The notes below the pieces were generated by a model that was not told where the DNA came from, searched no databases, and saw only the letters and a program-made list of their open reading frames with translations. Positions 1 through 12,400 of a stretch of 64,000 nt of DNA are shown in pieces; the first letter of the stretch is position 1, and every line of letters begins with the position of its first letter. Source of the DNA: Lingula anatina (taxonomy: Eukaryota; Animalia; Brachiopoda). Location: the NCBI GenBank assembly GCA_051362555.1, contig CM120641.1, positions 31,564,401-31,628,400 of the forward strand. Direction: 5' to 3'. Made by a program: the position numbers and the translations under genes.

Positions 1-318
1 ACATTGTCAACAGTTGTGGTTTTCACAGATTTTTATTGTTGTTGAGTATGATTTGTACAAATTTCACAAATATTGGACGAGATTTGTCAAAATTATTAAC
101 GTTTAACTATTTGAATCATGGAATTTGGAAGTCTTTTTAATGTAATTTTTAGTTTTCTCTAATTTATATGTACTGAAAATATCCTTTTTATAAGACACAG
201 TCAACTGTTGAGGTTAACTTTATCAAAATGATTAATGTTTAACTATTTTAGTCTGTGAAATTTGTCAATTTTTAAAATTTAATTTTCACTTTTTTCAAAT
301 TTATTGTTCTTTTTCCAG

Positions 319-650
319 ATGACCTTTTCCATACAGTGTGGTGGCTTTTTTGGTGAACTGATTCTTCCTGTCTGGTCATAGCTAATTCCTATAGAAAAAA
401 CAGGCATCAAAAGACAACAGCAAGAGCAATGGTCTGTCTCATCCACGTGTACAATAGATGGTATGTGGCAAGCTTTTAGACATTGTCAAATGGTGTGCTA
501 ATCTCCGATTCCAGAAACCGATTGTAAGGAGGAATCTGCATCTGGTATTGGTAGTAAGGAGAAATCTTGAATGGGTATATATTGTTTTCCAGAGGACAAT
601 TATGGGTAATTTGTCACCTCTTACACAAACAAACTCGAATCATAACATTT
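319..650 (+). other. Exon-like non-coding cassette, copy 1 of 11 (others start at 1624, 4464, 6003, 7528, 9053, 10772, 14156, 25491, 26638, 27906)
   Basis: Each copy follows a pyrimidine tract plus CAG (ttattgttctttttccag|) and most carry ATG|gtatgt ~130-140 nt later, plus further gtaagg donor-like sites. No reading frame stays open across copies. Confidence 0.6.
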
Positions 651-3077
651 GATGTTTAATATGAGGCTAATTAGATGTTGTGAAATTGAAAAAAAGTTTT
701 CGATAATTCTCAGTCTTCTCATACAAATTGTCAATAAGCTACACTTCTATTACACACAGTCAGCTGATAAGCTTATAACAGATTTTCATTGATGTTAAGC
801 ATGATTTGTACAAATTTCACAAATGTTGGACAAGATTTGTCAAAATCATTAACGTTTAACTATTTTATGCCATGAAATTTGCCAGTCTTTTCAATGTAAT
901 TTTCAGTTTTCTCCAAATTATATGCTCTGAAAATATCTTTTCCATGAGACACAGTCAGCTGCTAAGCTTATCACAGATTTTTATTGCAGTTATGCATCAT
1001 CTATCCCAATTTCACAAATATTGGACTAGATTTGTCAAAATTATTAATATTTAACTATTTTATTCCATGGAATTTGCCAGTGTTTTCAATGTAATTTTCG
1101 GTTTTCTCCAATTCATATGCTCTGAAAAATCTTTTTCATGAGACATAGTCATGTGATGAGCTTATCACAGATTTTTATTGCTGTTATGCATCATCTGTCC
1201 AAATTACACAAATATTGGACAAGATTTGTGAAAATTATTAACGTTTAACTATTTTAAGGCACCGCATTCGACAGTCTTTTCAATGTCATTTTCAGTTTTC
1301 TTTGGACATTGTCAACTGTTGTGGTTTTCACAGATTTTTATTGTTGTTGAGTATGATTTGTACAAATTTCACAAATATTGGACGAGATTTGTCAAAATTA
1401 TTAACGTTTAACTATTTGAATCATGCAATTTGGAAGTCTTTTTAATGTAATTTTTAGTTTTCTCTAATTTATATGTACTGAAAATATCCTTTTTATAAGA
1501 CACAGTCAACTGTTGAGGTTAACTTTATCAAAATAATAAATGTTTAACTATTTTAGTCTGTGGAATTTGTCAATTTTTAAAATTTAATTTTCACTTTTTT
1601 AAAATTTATTGTTCTTTTTCCAGATGACCTTTTCCATACAGTGTGGTGGCTTTTTTGGTGAACTGATTCTTCCTGTCTGGTCATAGCTAATTCCTATAGA
1701 AAAAACAGGCATCAAAAGACAACAGCAAGAGCAATGGTCTGTCTCATCCATGTGTACAATAGATGGTATGTGGCAAGCTTTAAGACATTGTCAAATGGTG
1801 TGTTAACTCCGATTCCAGAAACCGATTGTAAGGAGGAATCTGCATCTGGTATTGGTAGTAAGGAGAAATCTTGAATGGGTATATATTGTTTTCCAGAGGA
1901 CAGTTATGGGTAATTTGTCACCTCTTACACAAACAAACTCAAATCATAACATTTGATGTTTAATATGAGGCTAATTAGATGTTGTGAAATTGAAAAAAAA
2001 AATGTTTTCGATAATTCTCAGTCTTCTCCTACAAATTGTCAGTAAGCTACACTTCTATTACACACAGTCAGCTGATAAGCTTATAACAGATTTTCATTGA
2101 TGTTAAGCATGATTTGTACAAATTTCAGAAATATTTGACAAGATTTTTCAAATTTATTAACGTTTAACTATTTTATACCATGAAATTTGCCAGTCTTTTC
2201 AATTATTTTCAGTTTTCTCCAAATTATATGCTCTGGAAATATCTTTTCCATGAGACACAGTCAGCTGATAAGCTTATCACAGATTTTTATTACTGTTATG
2301 CATCATCTATCCCAATTTCACAAATATTGGACAAAATTTGTGAAAATTATTAATGTTTAACTATTTTAATCCATGGAATTTGGCAGTCTTTTCAATGTCA
2401 TTTTCAGTTTTGTCAAATTTATATGTTCTGTAAGTATTTTTCATTGGACATTGTCAACTGTTGTGCTTTTCACAGATTTTTTTTTGTTGTTAAGTATGAT
2501 TTGTACAAATTTCACAAATATTGGACAAGATTTGTCAAAATTATTAATATTTAACTATTTTATGCCATGGAATTTGTCAGTCTTTGCAATGTAAGTTTCA
2601 GCTTTCTCCAATTCACATGCTCTGAAAAAATCTTTTTCATGAGACTCAGTCAACTGATGAGCTTATAACAGATTTTTATTGCTGTTATGCATCATTTCTC
2701 AAAATTTCACAAATATTGGACAAGATTTTTCAAAATTATTAATATTTAACTATTTTAAGCCATGGAATTTGGCAGTCTTTTCAAAGTCATTTTCAGTTTT
2801 CTCCAATGCATATGCTCTGAAAAATCTTTTTCATGAAACATAGTCATGTGATGAGCTTATCACAGATTTTTAATGCTGTTTTGCATCATCTGTCCAAATT
2901 TCACAAATATTGGACAAGATTTGTGAAAATTATTAATGTTTAACTATTTTAAGGCACCGCATTTGGCAGTCTTTTCAATGTCATTTTCAGTTTTCTCAAA
3001 TTCATATGCTCTGAAAAAATCTTTTTAATTGGACATTGTCAACTATTGTACTTTTCACAGATTTTTATTGATGTTAA

Positions 3078-3404
3078 AGGGATAATAACTCTTCGTATGA
3101 AATCTGTATTTCACAATAAAAACATTGTGAATGACTTATAAAAATATAATATATTCTGTTTTCCCACAAAAACGGCTGTTATAGCTATTATTCTGATATC
3201 TTTAGACCACGTGACCTCCATTGATGGCTATACTCTGTTAAAATCTCTTAAGAGATTTTAACAAAAAACCAAACTTTTCAGAAAAAAAACAGGGACTAAC
3301 TTTGAATGTAAAAATGGATTCATTAACCATTGGTAAGTATGGGAAAATTGTTGTTTACTCCAAGAAAATTCATTTTTTGACCGAAACGAAGAGTTATTAT
3401 CACT
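3078..3404. mobile_element. 327-bp MITE, Kolobok-like
   Basis: TIRs agggataataactcttcgt / acgaagagttattatcact (1 mismatch). TTAA duplicated at 3074-3077 and 3405-3408. The empty site ttgatgTTAAgcttgatc is seen in sister monomers (e.g. 12017-12020). Purine-purine 5' terminus fits Kolobok rather than piggyBac. Confidence 0.88.
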
Positions 3405-6400
3405 TTAAGCTTGATCTGTACAAATTTCACAAATATTTGACAAGATTTTTCAAATTTCTTAATATTTAACTCTTTTATGCCATGGAATTTGCCAGTCTTT
3501 TCAATGTAATTTTCAGTTTTCTCCAAATTTATATGCTCTGAAAAAATCTTTTCCATGAGAAACAGTCAACTGATGAGCTTATCACAGATTTTTATTGCTG
3601 TTATGCATCATCTTTCCAAATTACACAAATATTGGACAAGATTTGTGAAAATTATTAATGTTTAACTATTTTAATCCATGGAATTTGGCAGTCTTTTCAA
3701 TGTCATTTTCGGTTTTGTCAAATTTATATGTTCTGAAAAAGTCTTTTTCATTGGACATTGTCAACTGTTGTGCTTTTCACAGATTTTTTTTTGTTGTTAA
3801 GTATGATTTGTACAAATTTCACCAATATTGGACGAGATTTGTCAAAGTTATTAACGTTTAACTATTTTATGCCATGGAATTTGACAGTCTTTTCAATGTA
3901 ATTTTCAGTTTTCTCCAATTCATGTGCTCTGAATAAATCTTTTCAATGAGACACAGTCAAGTGATGAGCTGATCACAGATTTCTATTGCTGTTATGCATC
4001 ATCTGTCCAAATTACACAAATATTGGACAAGATTTGTGAAAATTATTAACGTTTAACTATTTCATAGCACCTCATTTGGCAGTCTTTTCAATGTCATTTT
4101 CACTTTTGTCAAATTTATATGTTCTGAAAAGGTCTTTTTCATTGGACATTGTCAACTGTTGTGCTTTTCACAGATTTTTTTTGTTGTTAAGTATGATTTG
4201 TACAAATTTCACAAATATTGGACAAGATTTGTCAATATTATCAACGCTTAACTATTTGAATCATGGAATTTGGAAGTCTTTTTAATGTAATTTTCAGTTT
4301 TGTCAAATTTATATGTACTGAAAATATCCTTTTTATAAGACACAGTCAACTGTTGAGGTTAACTTTATCAAAATAATTAATGTTTAACTATTTTAGTCTG
4401 TGAAATTTGTCTATTTTTAAAATTTAATTTTCACTTTTTTCAAATTTATTGTTCTTTTTCCAGATGACCTTTTCCATACAGTGTGGTGGCCTTTTTGGTG
4501 AACTGATTCTTCCTGTCTGGTCATGGCTAATTCCTATAGAAAAAACAGGCAGCAAAAGACAACAGCAAGAGCAATGGTCTGTCTCATCCACGTGTACAAT
4601 AGATGGTATATGACAAGCTTTTAGACATTGTGAAATGGTGTGCTAAACTCCAATTCCAGAAATTGATTGTAAGGAGGAATCTGCATCTGGTATTGGTAGT
4701 AAGGAGAAGTCTTGAATGGGTATATATTGTTTTCCAGAGTACAGTTATGGGTAATTTGTCACCTCTTACACAAACAAACTCAAATCATAACATTTGATGT
4801 TTAATATGAGGCTAATTAGATGTTGTTAAATTGAAAAAAAAAATGTTTTCGATAATTCTCAGTCTTCTCCTACAAATTGTCAATAGTCTACACTTCTATT
4901 ACACACAGTCAGCTGATGAGCTTATCACAGATTTTTATTGCTGTTATGCATCATCTGTCCAAATTACACAAATATTTGACAAGATTTTTCAAATTTCTTA
5001 ATATTTAACTCTTTTATGCCATGGAATTTGCCGGTCTTTTCAATGTAATTTTGAGTTTTCTCCAAATTCATATGCTCTGAAAAAATCTTTTCCATGAGAC
5101 ACAGTCAACTGATGAGCTTATCACAGATTTTTATTGCTGTTATGCATCATATGTCCAAATTACACAAATATTGGACAAGATTTGTGAAAATTATTAATGT
5201 TTAACTATTTTAATCCATGGAATTTGGCAGTCTTTTCAATGTCATTTTCGGTTTTGTCAAATTTATATGTTCTGAAAAAGTCTTTTTCATTGGACATTGT
5301 CAACTGTTGTGCTTTTCACAGATTTTTATTGTTGTTAAGTATGATTTGTACAAATTTCACTAATATTGGACGAGATTTGTCAAAATTATTAACGTTTAAC
5401 TATTTTATGCCATGGAATTTGACAGTCTTTTCAATGTAATTTTCAGTTTTCTCCAATTCATGTGCTCTGAATTAATCTTTTCAATGAGACACAGTCAAGT
5501 GATGAGCTTATCACAGATTTCTATTGCTGTTATGCATCATCTGTCCAAATTACACAAATATTGGACAAGATTTGTGAAAATTATTAACGTTTAACTATTT
5601 CATAGCACCTCATTTGGCAGTCTTTTCAATGTCATTTTCAGTTTTGTCAAATTTATATGTTCTGAAAAAATCTTTTTCATTGGACATTGTCAACTGTTGT
5701 GCTTTTCACAGATTTTTTTTTGTTGTTAAGTATGATTTGTACAAATTTCACAAATATTGGATGAGATTTGTCAAAATTATCAACGTTTAACTATTTGAAT
5801 CATGGAATTTGGAAGTCTTATTAATGTAATTTTTAGTTTTCTACAATTTATATGTACTGAAAATATCCTTTTTATAAGATGAAGTCAACTGTTGAGGTTA
5901 ACTTTATCAAAATAATTAATGTTTAACTATTTTAGTCTGTGAAATTTGTCAATTTTTAAAATTTAATTTTCACTTTTTTCAAATTTATTGTTCTTTTTCC
6001 AGATGACCTTTTCCATACAGTGTGGTGGCTTTTTTGGTGAACTGATTCTTCCTGTCTGGTCATAGCTAATTCCTATAGAAAAGACAACAGCAAGAGCAAT
6101 GGTCTGTCTCATCCACGTGTACAATAGATGGTATGTGGCAAGCTTTTAGACATTGTCAAATGGTGTGCTAAACTCTGATTCCAGAAACCGATTGTAAGGA
6201 GGAATCTGCATCTGGTATTGGTAGTAAGGAGAAATCTTGAATGGGTATATATTGTTTTCCAGAGGACAATTATGGGTAATTTGTCACCTCTTACACAAAC
6301 AAACTCAAATCATAACATTTGACGTTTAATATGAGGCTAATTAGATGTTGTGAAATTGAAAAAAAAATGTTTTCGATAATTCTCAGTCTTCTCCTACAAA

Positions 6401-9400
6401 TTGTCAATAGGCTACACTTCTATTACACACAGTCAGCTGATGAGCTTATAACAGATTTTTATTGATGTTAAGCATAATTTGTACAAATTTCACAAATATT
6501 TGACAAGATTTTTCAAATTTCTTAATATTTAACTCTTTTATGCCATGGAATTTGCCGGTCTTTTCAATGTAATTTTGAGTTTTCTCCAAATTCATATGCT
6601 CTGAAAAAATCTTTTCCATGAGACACAGTCAACTGATGAGCTTATCACAGATTTTTATTGCTGTTATGCATCATCTGTCCAAATTACACAAATATTGGAC
6701 AAGAATTGTGAAAATTATTAACGTTTAACTATTTCATGGCACCTCATTTGGCAGTCTTTTCAATGTCATTTTCAGTTTTGTCAAATTTATATGTTCTGAA
6801 AAAATCTTTTTCATTGGACATTGTCATCTGTTGTGCTTTTCACAGATTTTTATTGTTGTTAAGTATGATTTGTACCAATTTTACCAATATTGGACGAGAT
6901 TTGTCAAAATTATTAACGTTTAACTATTTTATGCCATGGAATTTGACAGTCTTTTCAATGTAATTTTCAGTTTTCTCCAATTCATGTGCTCTGAATTAAT
7001 CTTTTCAATGAGACACAGTCAAGTGATGAGCTTATCACAGATTTCTATTGCTGTTATGCATCATCTGTCCAAATTACACAAATATTGGACAAGATTTGTG
7101 AAAATTATTAACGTTTAACTATTTCATTGCACCTCATTTGGCAGTCTTTTCAATGTCATTTTCAGTTTTGTCAATTTTATATGTTCTGAAAAGGTCTTTT
7201 TCATTGGACATTGTCAACTGTTGTGCTTTTCACAGATTTTTTTTTTGTTGTTAAGTATGATTTGTACAAATTTCACAAATATTGGATGAGATTTGTCAAA
7301 ATTATCAACGTTTAACTATTTGAATCACGGAATTTGGAAGTCTTATTAATGTAATTTTTAGTTTTCTACAATTTATATGTACTGAAAATATCCTTTTTAT
7401 AAGACACTGTCAACTGTTGAGGTTAACTTTATCAAAATAATTAATGTTTAACTATTTTAGTCTGTGAAATTTGTCAATTTTTAAAATTTAATTTTCACTT
7501 TTTTCAAATTTATTGTTCTTTTTCCAGATGACCTTTTCCATACAGTGTGGTGGCTTTTTTGGTGAACTGATTCTTCCTGTCTGGTCATAGCTAATTCCTA
7601 TAGAAAAGACAACAGCAAGAGCAATGGTCTGTCTCATCCACGTGTACAATAGATGGTATGTGGCAAGCTTTTAGACATTGTCAAATGATGTGCTAAACTC
7701 TGATTCCAGAAACCGATTGTAAGGAGGAATCTGCATCTGGTATTGGTAGTAAGGAGAAATCTTGAATGGGTATATATTGTTTTCCAGAGGACAATTATGG
7801 GTAATTTGTCACCTCTTACACAAACAAACTCAAATCATAACATTTGACGTTTAATATGAGGCTAATTAGATGTTGTGAAATTGAAAAAAAAATGTTTTCG
7901 ATAATTCTCAGTCTTCTCCTACAAATTGTCAATAGGCTACACTTCTATTACACACAGTCAGCTGATGAGCTTATAACAGATTTTTATTGATGTTAAGCAT
8001 AATTTGTACAAATTTCACAAATATTTGACAAGATTTTTCAAATTTCTTAATATTTAACTCTTTTATGCCATGGAATTTGCCGGTCTTTTCAATGTAATTT
8101 TGAGTTTTCTCCAAATTCATATGCTCTGAAAAAATCTTTTCCATGAAACACAGTCAACTGATGAGCTTATCACAGATTTTTATTGCTGTTATGCATCATC
8201 TGTCCAAATTACACAAATATTGGACAAGATTTGTGAAAATTATTAACGTTTAACTATTTCATGGCACCTCATTTGGCAGTCTTTTCAATGTCATTTTCAG
8301 TTTTCTCAAATTTATATGTTCTGAAAAAATCTTTTTCATTGGACATTGTCATCTGTTGTGCTTTTCACAGATTTTTATTGTTGTTAAGTATGATTTGTAC
8401 CAATTTTACCAATATTGGACGAGATTTGTCAAAATTATTAACGTTTAACTATTTTATGCCATGGAATTTGACAGTCTTTTCAATGTAATTTTCAGTTTTC
8501 TCCAATTCATGTGCTCTGAATTAATCTTTTCAATGAGACACAGTCAAGTGATGAGCTTATCACAGATTTCTATTGCTGTTATGCATCATCTGTCCAAATT
8601 ACACAAATATTGGACAAGATTTGTGAAAATTATTAACGTTTAACTATTTCATTGCACCTCATTTGGCAGTCTTTTCAATGTCATTTTCAGTTTTGTCAAT
8701 TTTATATGTTCTGAAAAGGTCTTTTTCATTGGACATTGTCAACTGTTGTGCTTTTCACAGATTTTTTTTTTGTTGTTAAGTATGATTTGTACAAATTTCA
8801 CAAATATTGGATGAGATTTGTCAAAATTATCAACGTTTAACTATTTGAATCACGGAATTTGGAAGTCTTATTAATGTAATTTTTAGTTTTCTACAATTTA
8901 TATGTACTGAAAATATCCTTTTTATAAGACACTGTCAACTGTTGAGGTTAACTTTATCAAAATAATTAATGTTTAACTATTTTAGTCTGTGAAATTTGTC
9001 AATTTTTAAAATTTAATTTTCACTTTTTTCAAATTTATTGTTCTTTTTCCAGATGACCTTTTCCATACAGTGTGGTGGCTTTTTTGGTGAACTGATTCTT
9101 CCTGTCTGGTCATAGCTAATTCCTATAGAAAAGACAACAGCAAGAGCAATGGTCTGTCTCATCCACGTGTACAATAGATGGTATGTGGCAAGCTTTTAGA
9201 CATTGTCAAATGATGTGCTAAACTCTGATTCCAGAAACCGATTGTAAGGAGGAATCTGCATCTGGTATTGGTAGTAAGGAGAAATCTTGAATGGGTATAT
9301 ATTGTTTTCCAGAGGACAATTATGGGTAATTTGTCACCTCTTACACAAACAAACTCAAATCATAACATTTGACGTTTAATATGAGGCTAATTAGATGTTG

Positions 9401-12400
9401 TGAAATTGAAAAAAAAATGTTTTCGATAATTCTCAGTCTTCTCCTACAAATTGTCAATAGGCTACACTTCTATTACACACAGTCAGCTGATGAGCTTATA
9501 ACAGATTTTTATTGATGTTAAGCATAATTTGTACAAATTTCACAAATATTTGACAAGATTTTTCAAATTTCTTAATATTTAACTCTTTTATGCCATGGAA
9601 TTTGCCGGTCTTTTCAATGTAATTTTGAGTTTTCTCCAAATTCATATGCTCTGAAAAAATCTTTTCCATGAAACACAGTCAACTGATGAGCTTATCACAG
9701 ATTTTTATTGCTGTTATGCATCATCTGTCCAAATTACACAAATATTGGACAAGATTTGTGAAAATTGTTAACGTTTAACTATTTCATGGCACCTCATTTG
9801 GCAGTCTTTTCAATGTCATTTTCAGTTTTCTCAAATTTATATGTTCTGAAAAAATCTTTTTCATTGGACATTGTCATCTGTTGTGCTTTTCACAGATTTT
9901 TATTGTTGTTAAGTATGATTTGTACAAATTTCACAAATATTGGACGAGATTTGTTAAAATTATTAATATTTAACTATTTTAAGCCATGGAATTTGGCAGT
10001 CTTTTCAAAGTCATTTTCAGTTTTCTCCAATGCATATGCTCTGAAAAATCTTTTTCATGAAACATAGTCATGTGATGAGCTTATCACAGATTTTTAATGC
10101 TTTTTTGCATTATCTGTCCAAATTTCACAAATATTGGACAAGATTTGTGAAAATTATTAACGTTTAACTATTTTATGCCATGGAATTTGACAGTCTTTTC
10201 AATGTAATTTTCAGTTTTCTCCAATTCATGTGCTCTGAATTAATCTTTTCAATGAGACACAGTCAAGTGATGAGCTTATCACAGATTTCTATTGCTGTTA
10301 TGCATCATCTGTCCAAATTACACAAATATTGGACAAGATTTGTGAAAATTATTAACGTTTAACTATTTCATTGCACCTCATTTGGCAGTCTTTTCAATGT
10401 CATTTTCAGTTTTGTCAATTTTATATGTTCTGAAAAGGTCTTTTTCATTGGACATTGTCAACTGTTGTGCTTTTCACAGATTTTTTTTTTGTTGTTAAGT
10501 ATGATTTGTACAAATTTCACAAATATTGGATGAGATTTGTCAAAATTATCAACGTTTAACTATTTGAATCACGGAATTTGGAAGTCTTATTAATGTAATT
10601 TTTAGTTTTCTACAATTTATATGTACTGAAAATATCCTTTTTATAAGACACTGTCAACTGTTGAGGTTAACTTTTTCAAAATAATTAATGTTTAACTATT
10701 TTAGTCTGTGAAATTTGTCAATTTTTAAAATTTAATTTTCACTTTTTTCAAATTTATTGTTCTTTTTCCAGATGACCTTTTCCATACAGTGTGGTGGCTT
10801 TTTTGGTGAACTGATTCTTCCTGTCTGGTCATAGCTAATTCCTATAGAAAAGACAACAGCAAGAGCAATGGTCTGTCTCATCCACGTGTACAATAGATGG
10901 TATGTGGCAAGCTTTTAGACATTGTCAAATGGTGTGCTAAACTCTGATTCCAGAAACCGATTGTAAGGAGGAATCTGCATCTGGTATTGGTAGTAAGGAG
11001 AAATCTTGAATGGGTATATATTGTTTTCCAGAGGACAATTATGGGTAATTTGTCACCTCTTACACAAACAAACTCAAATCATAACATTTGACGTTTAATA
11101 TGAGGCTAATTAGATGTTGTGAAATTGAAAAAAAAATGTTTTCGATAATTCTCAGTCTTCTCCTACAAATTGTCAATAGGCTACACTTCTATTACACACA
11201 GTCAGCTGATGAGCTTATAACAGATTTTTATTGATGTTAAGCATAATTTGTACAAATTTCACAAATATTTGACAAGATTTTTCAAATTTCTTAATATTTA
11301 ACTCTTTTATGCCATGGAATTTGCCGGTCTTTTCAATGTAATTTTGAGTTTTCTCCAAATTCATATGCTCTGAAAAAATCTTTTCCATGAAACACAGTCA
11401 ACTGATGAGCTTATCACAGATTTTTATTGCTGTTATGCATCATCTGTCCAAATTACACAAATATTGGACAAGATTTGTGAAAATTATTAACGTTTAACTA
11501 TTTCATGGCACCTCATTTGGCAGTCTTTTCAATGTCATTTTCAGTTTTCTCAAATTTATATGTTCTGAAAAAATCTTTTTCATTGGACATTGTCATCTGT
11601 TGTGCTTTTCACAGATTTTTATTGTTGTTAAGTATGATTTGTACAAATTTCACAAATATTGGACGAGATTTGTTAAAATTATTAATATTTAACTATTTTA
11701 AGCCATGGAATTTGGCAGTCTTTTCAAAGTCATTTTCAGTTTTCTCCAATGCATATGCTCTGAAAAATCTTTTTCATGAAACATAGTCATGTGATGAGCT
11801 TATCACAGATTTTTAATGCTTTTTTGCATTATCTGTCCAAATTTCACAAATATTGGACAAGATTTGTGAAAATTATTAATGTTTAACTATTTTAAGGCAC
11901 CGCATTTGGCAGTCTTTTCAATGTCATTTTCAGTTTTCTCAAATTCATATGCTCTGAAAAAATCTTTTTAATTGGACATTGTCAACTATTGTACTTTTCA
12001 CAGATTTTTATTGATGTTAAGCTTGATCTGTACAAATTTCACAAATATTTGACAAGATTTTTCAAATTTCTTAATATTTAACTCTTTTATGCCATGGAAT
12101 TTGCCGGTCTTTTCAATGTAATTTTCAGTTTTCTCCAAATTCATATGCTTTGAAAAAATCTTTTCCATGAGAAACAGTCAACTGTTGTACTTTTCACAGA
12201 TTTTTATTGCTGTTATGCATCATCTGTCCAAATTACACAAATATTGGACAAGATTTGTGAAAATTATTAACGTTTAACTATTTCATGGCACCTCATTTGG
12301 CAGTCTTTTCAATGTCATTTTCAGTTTTCTCAAATTTATATGTTCTGAAAAAATCTTTTTCATTGGACATTGTCATCTGTTGTGCTTTTCACAGATTTTT

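Noticed and set aside
1150-1330. Box C/D snoRNA motifs (RTGATGA ... CTGA) in monomers
   Set aside because: No terminal stem, inconsistent spacing, and the motifs are lost in many monomers.
3555-3660. Hammerhead ribozyme in the satellite monomer (CTGATGA with nearby GAAA, as in newt and schistosome satellites)
   Set aside because: Stem II cannot close between CTGATGA and the downstream GAAA, the upstream GAAAC-A-GTC leaves no stem I, and the core is not conserved across monomers. An Infernal search would be the formal test.
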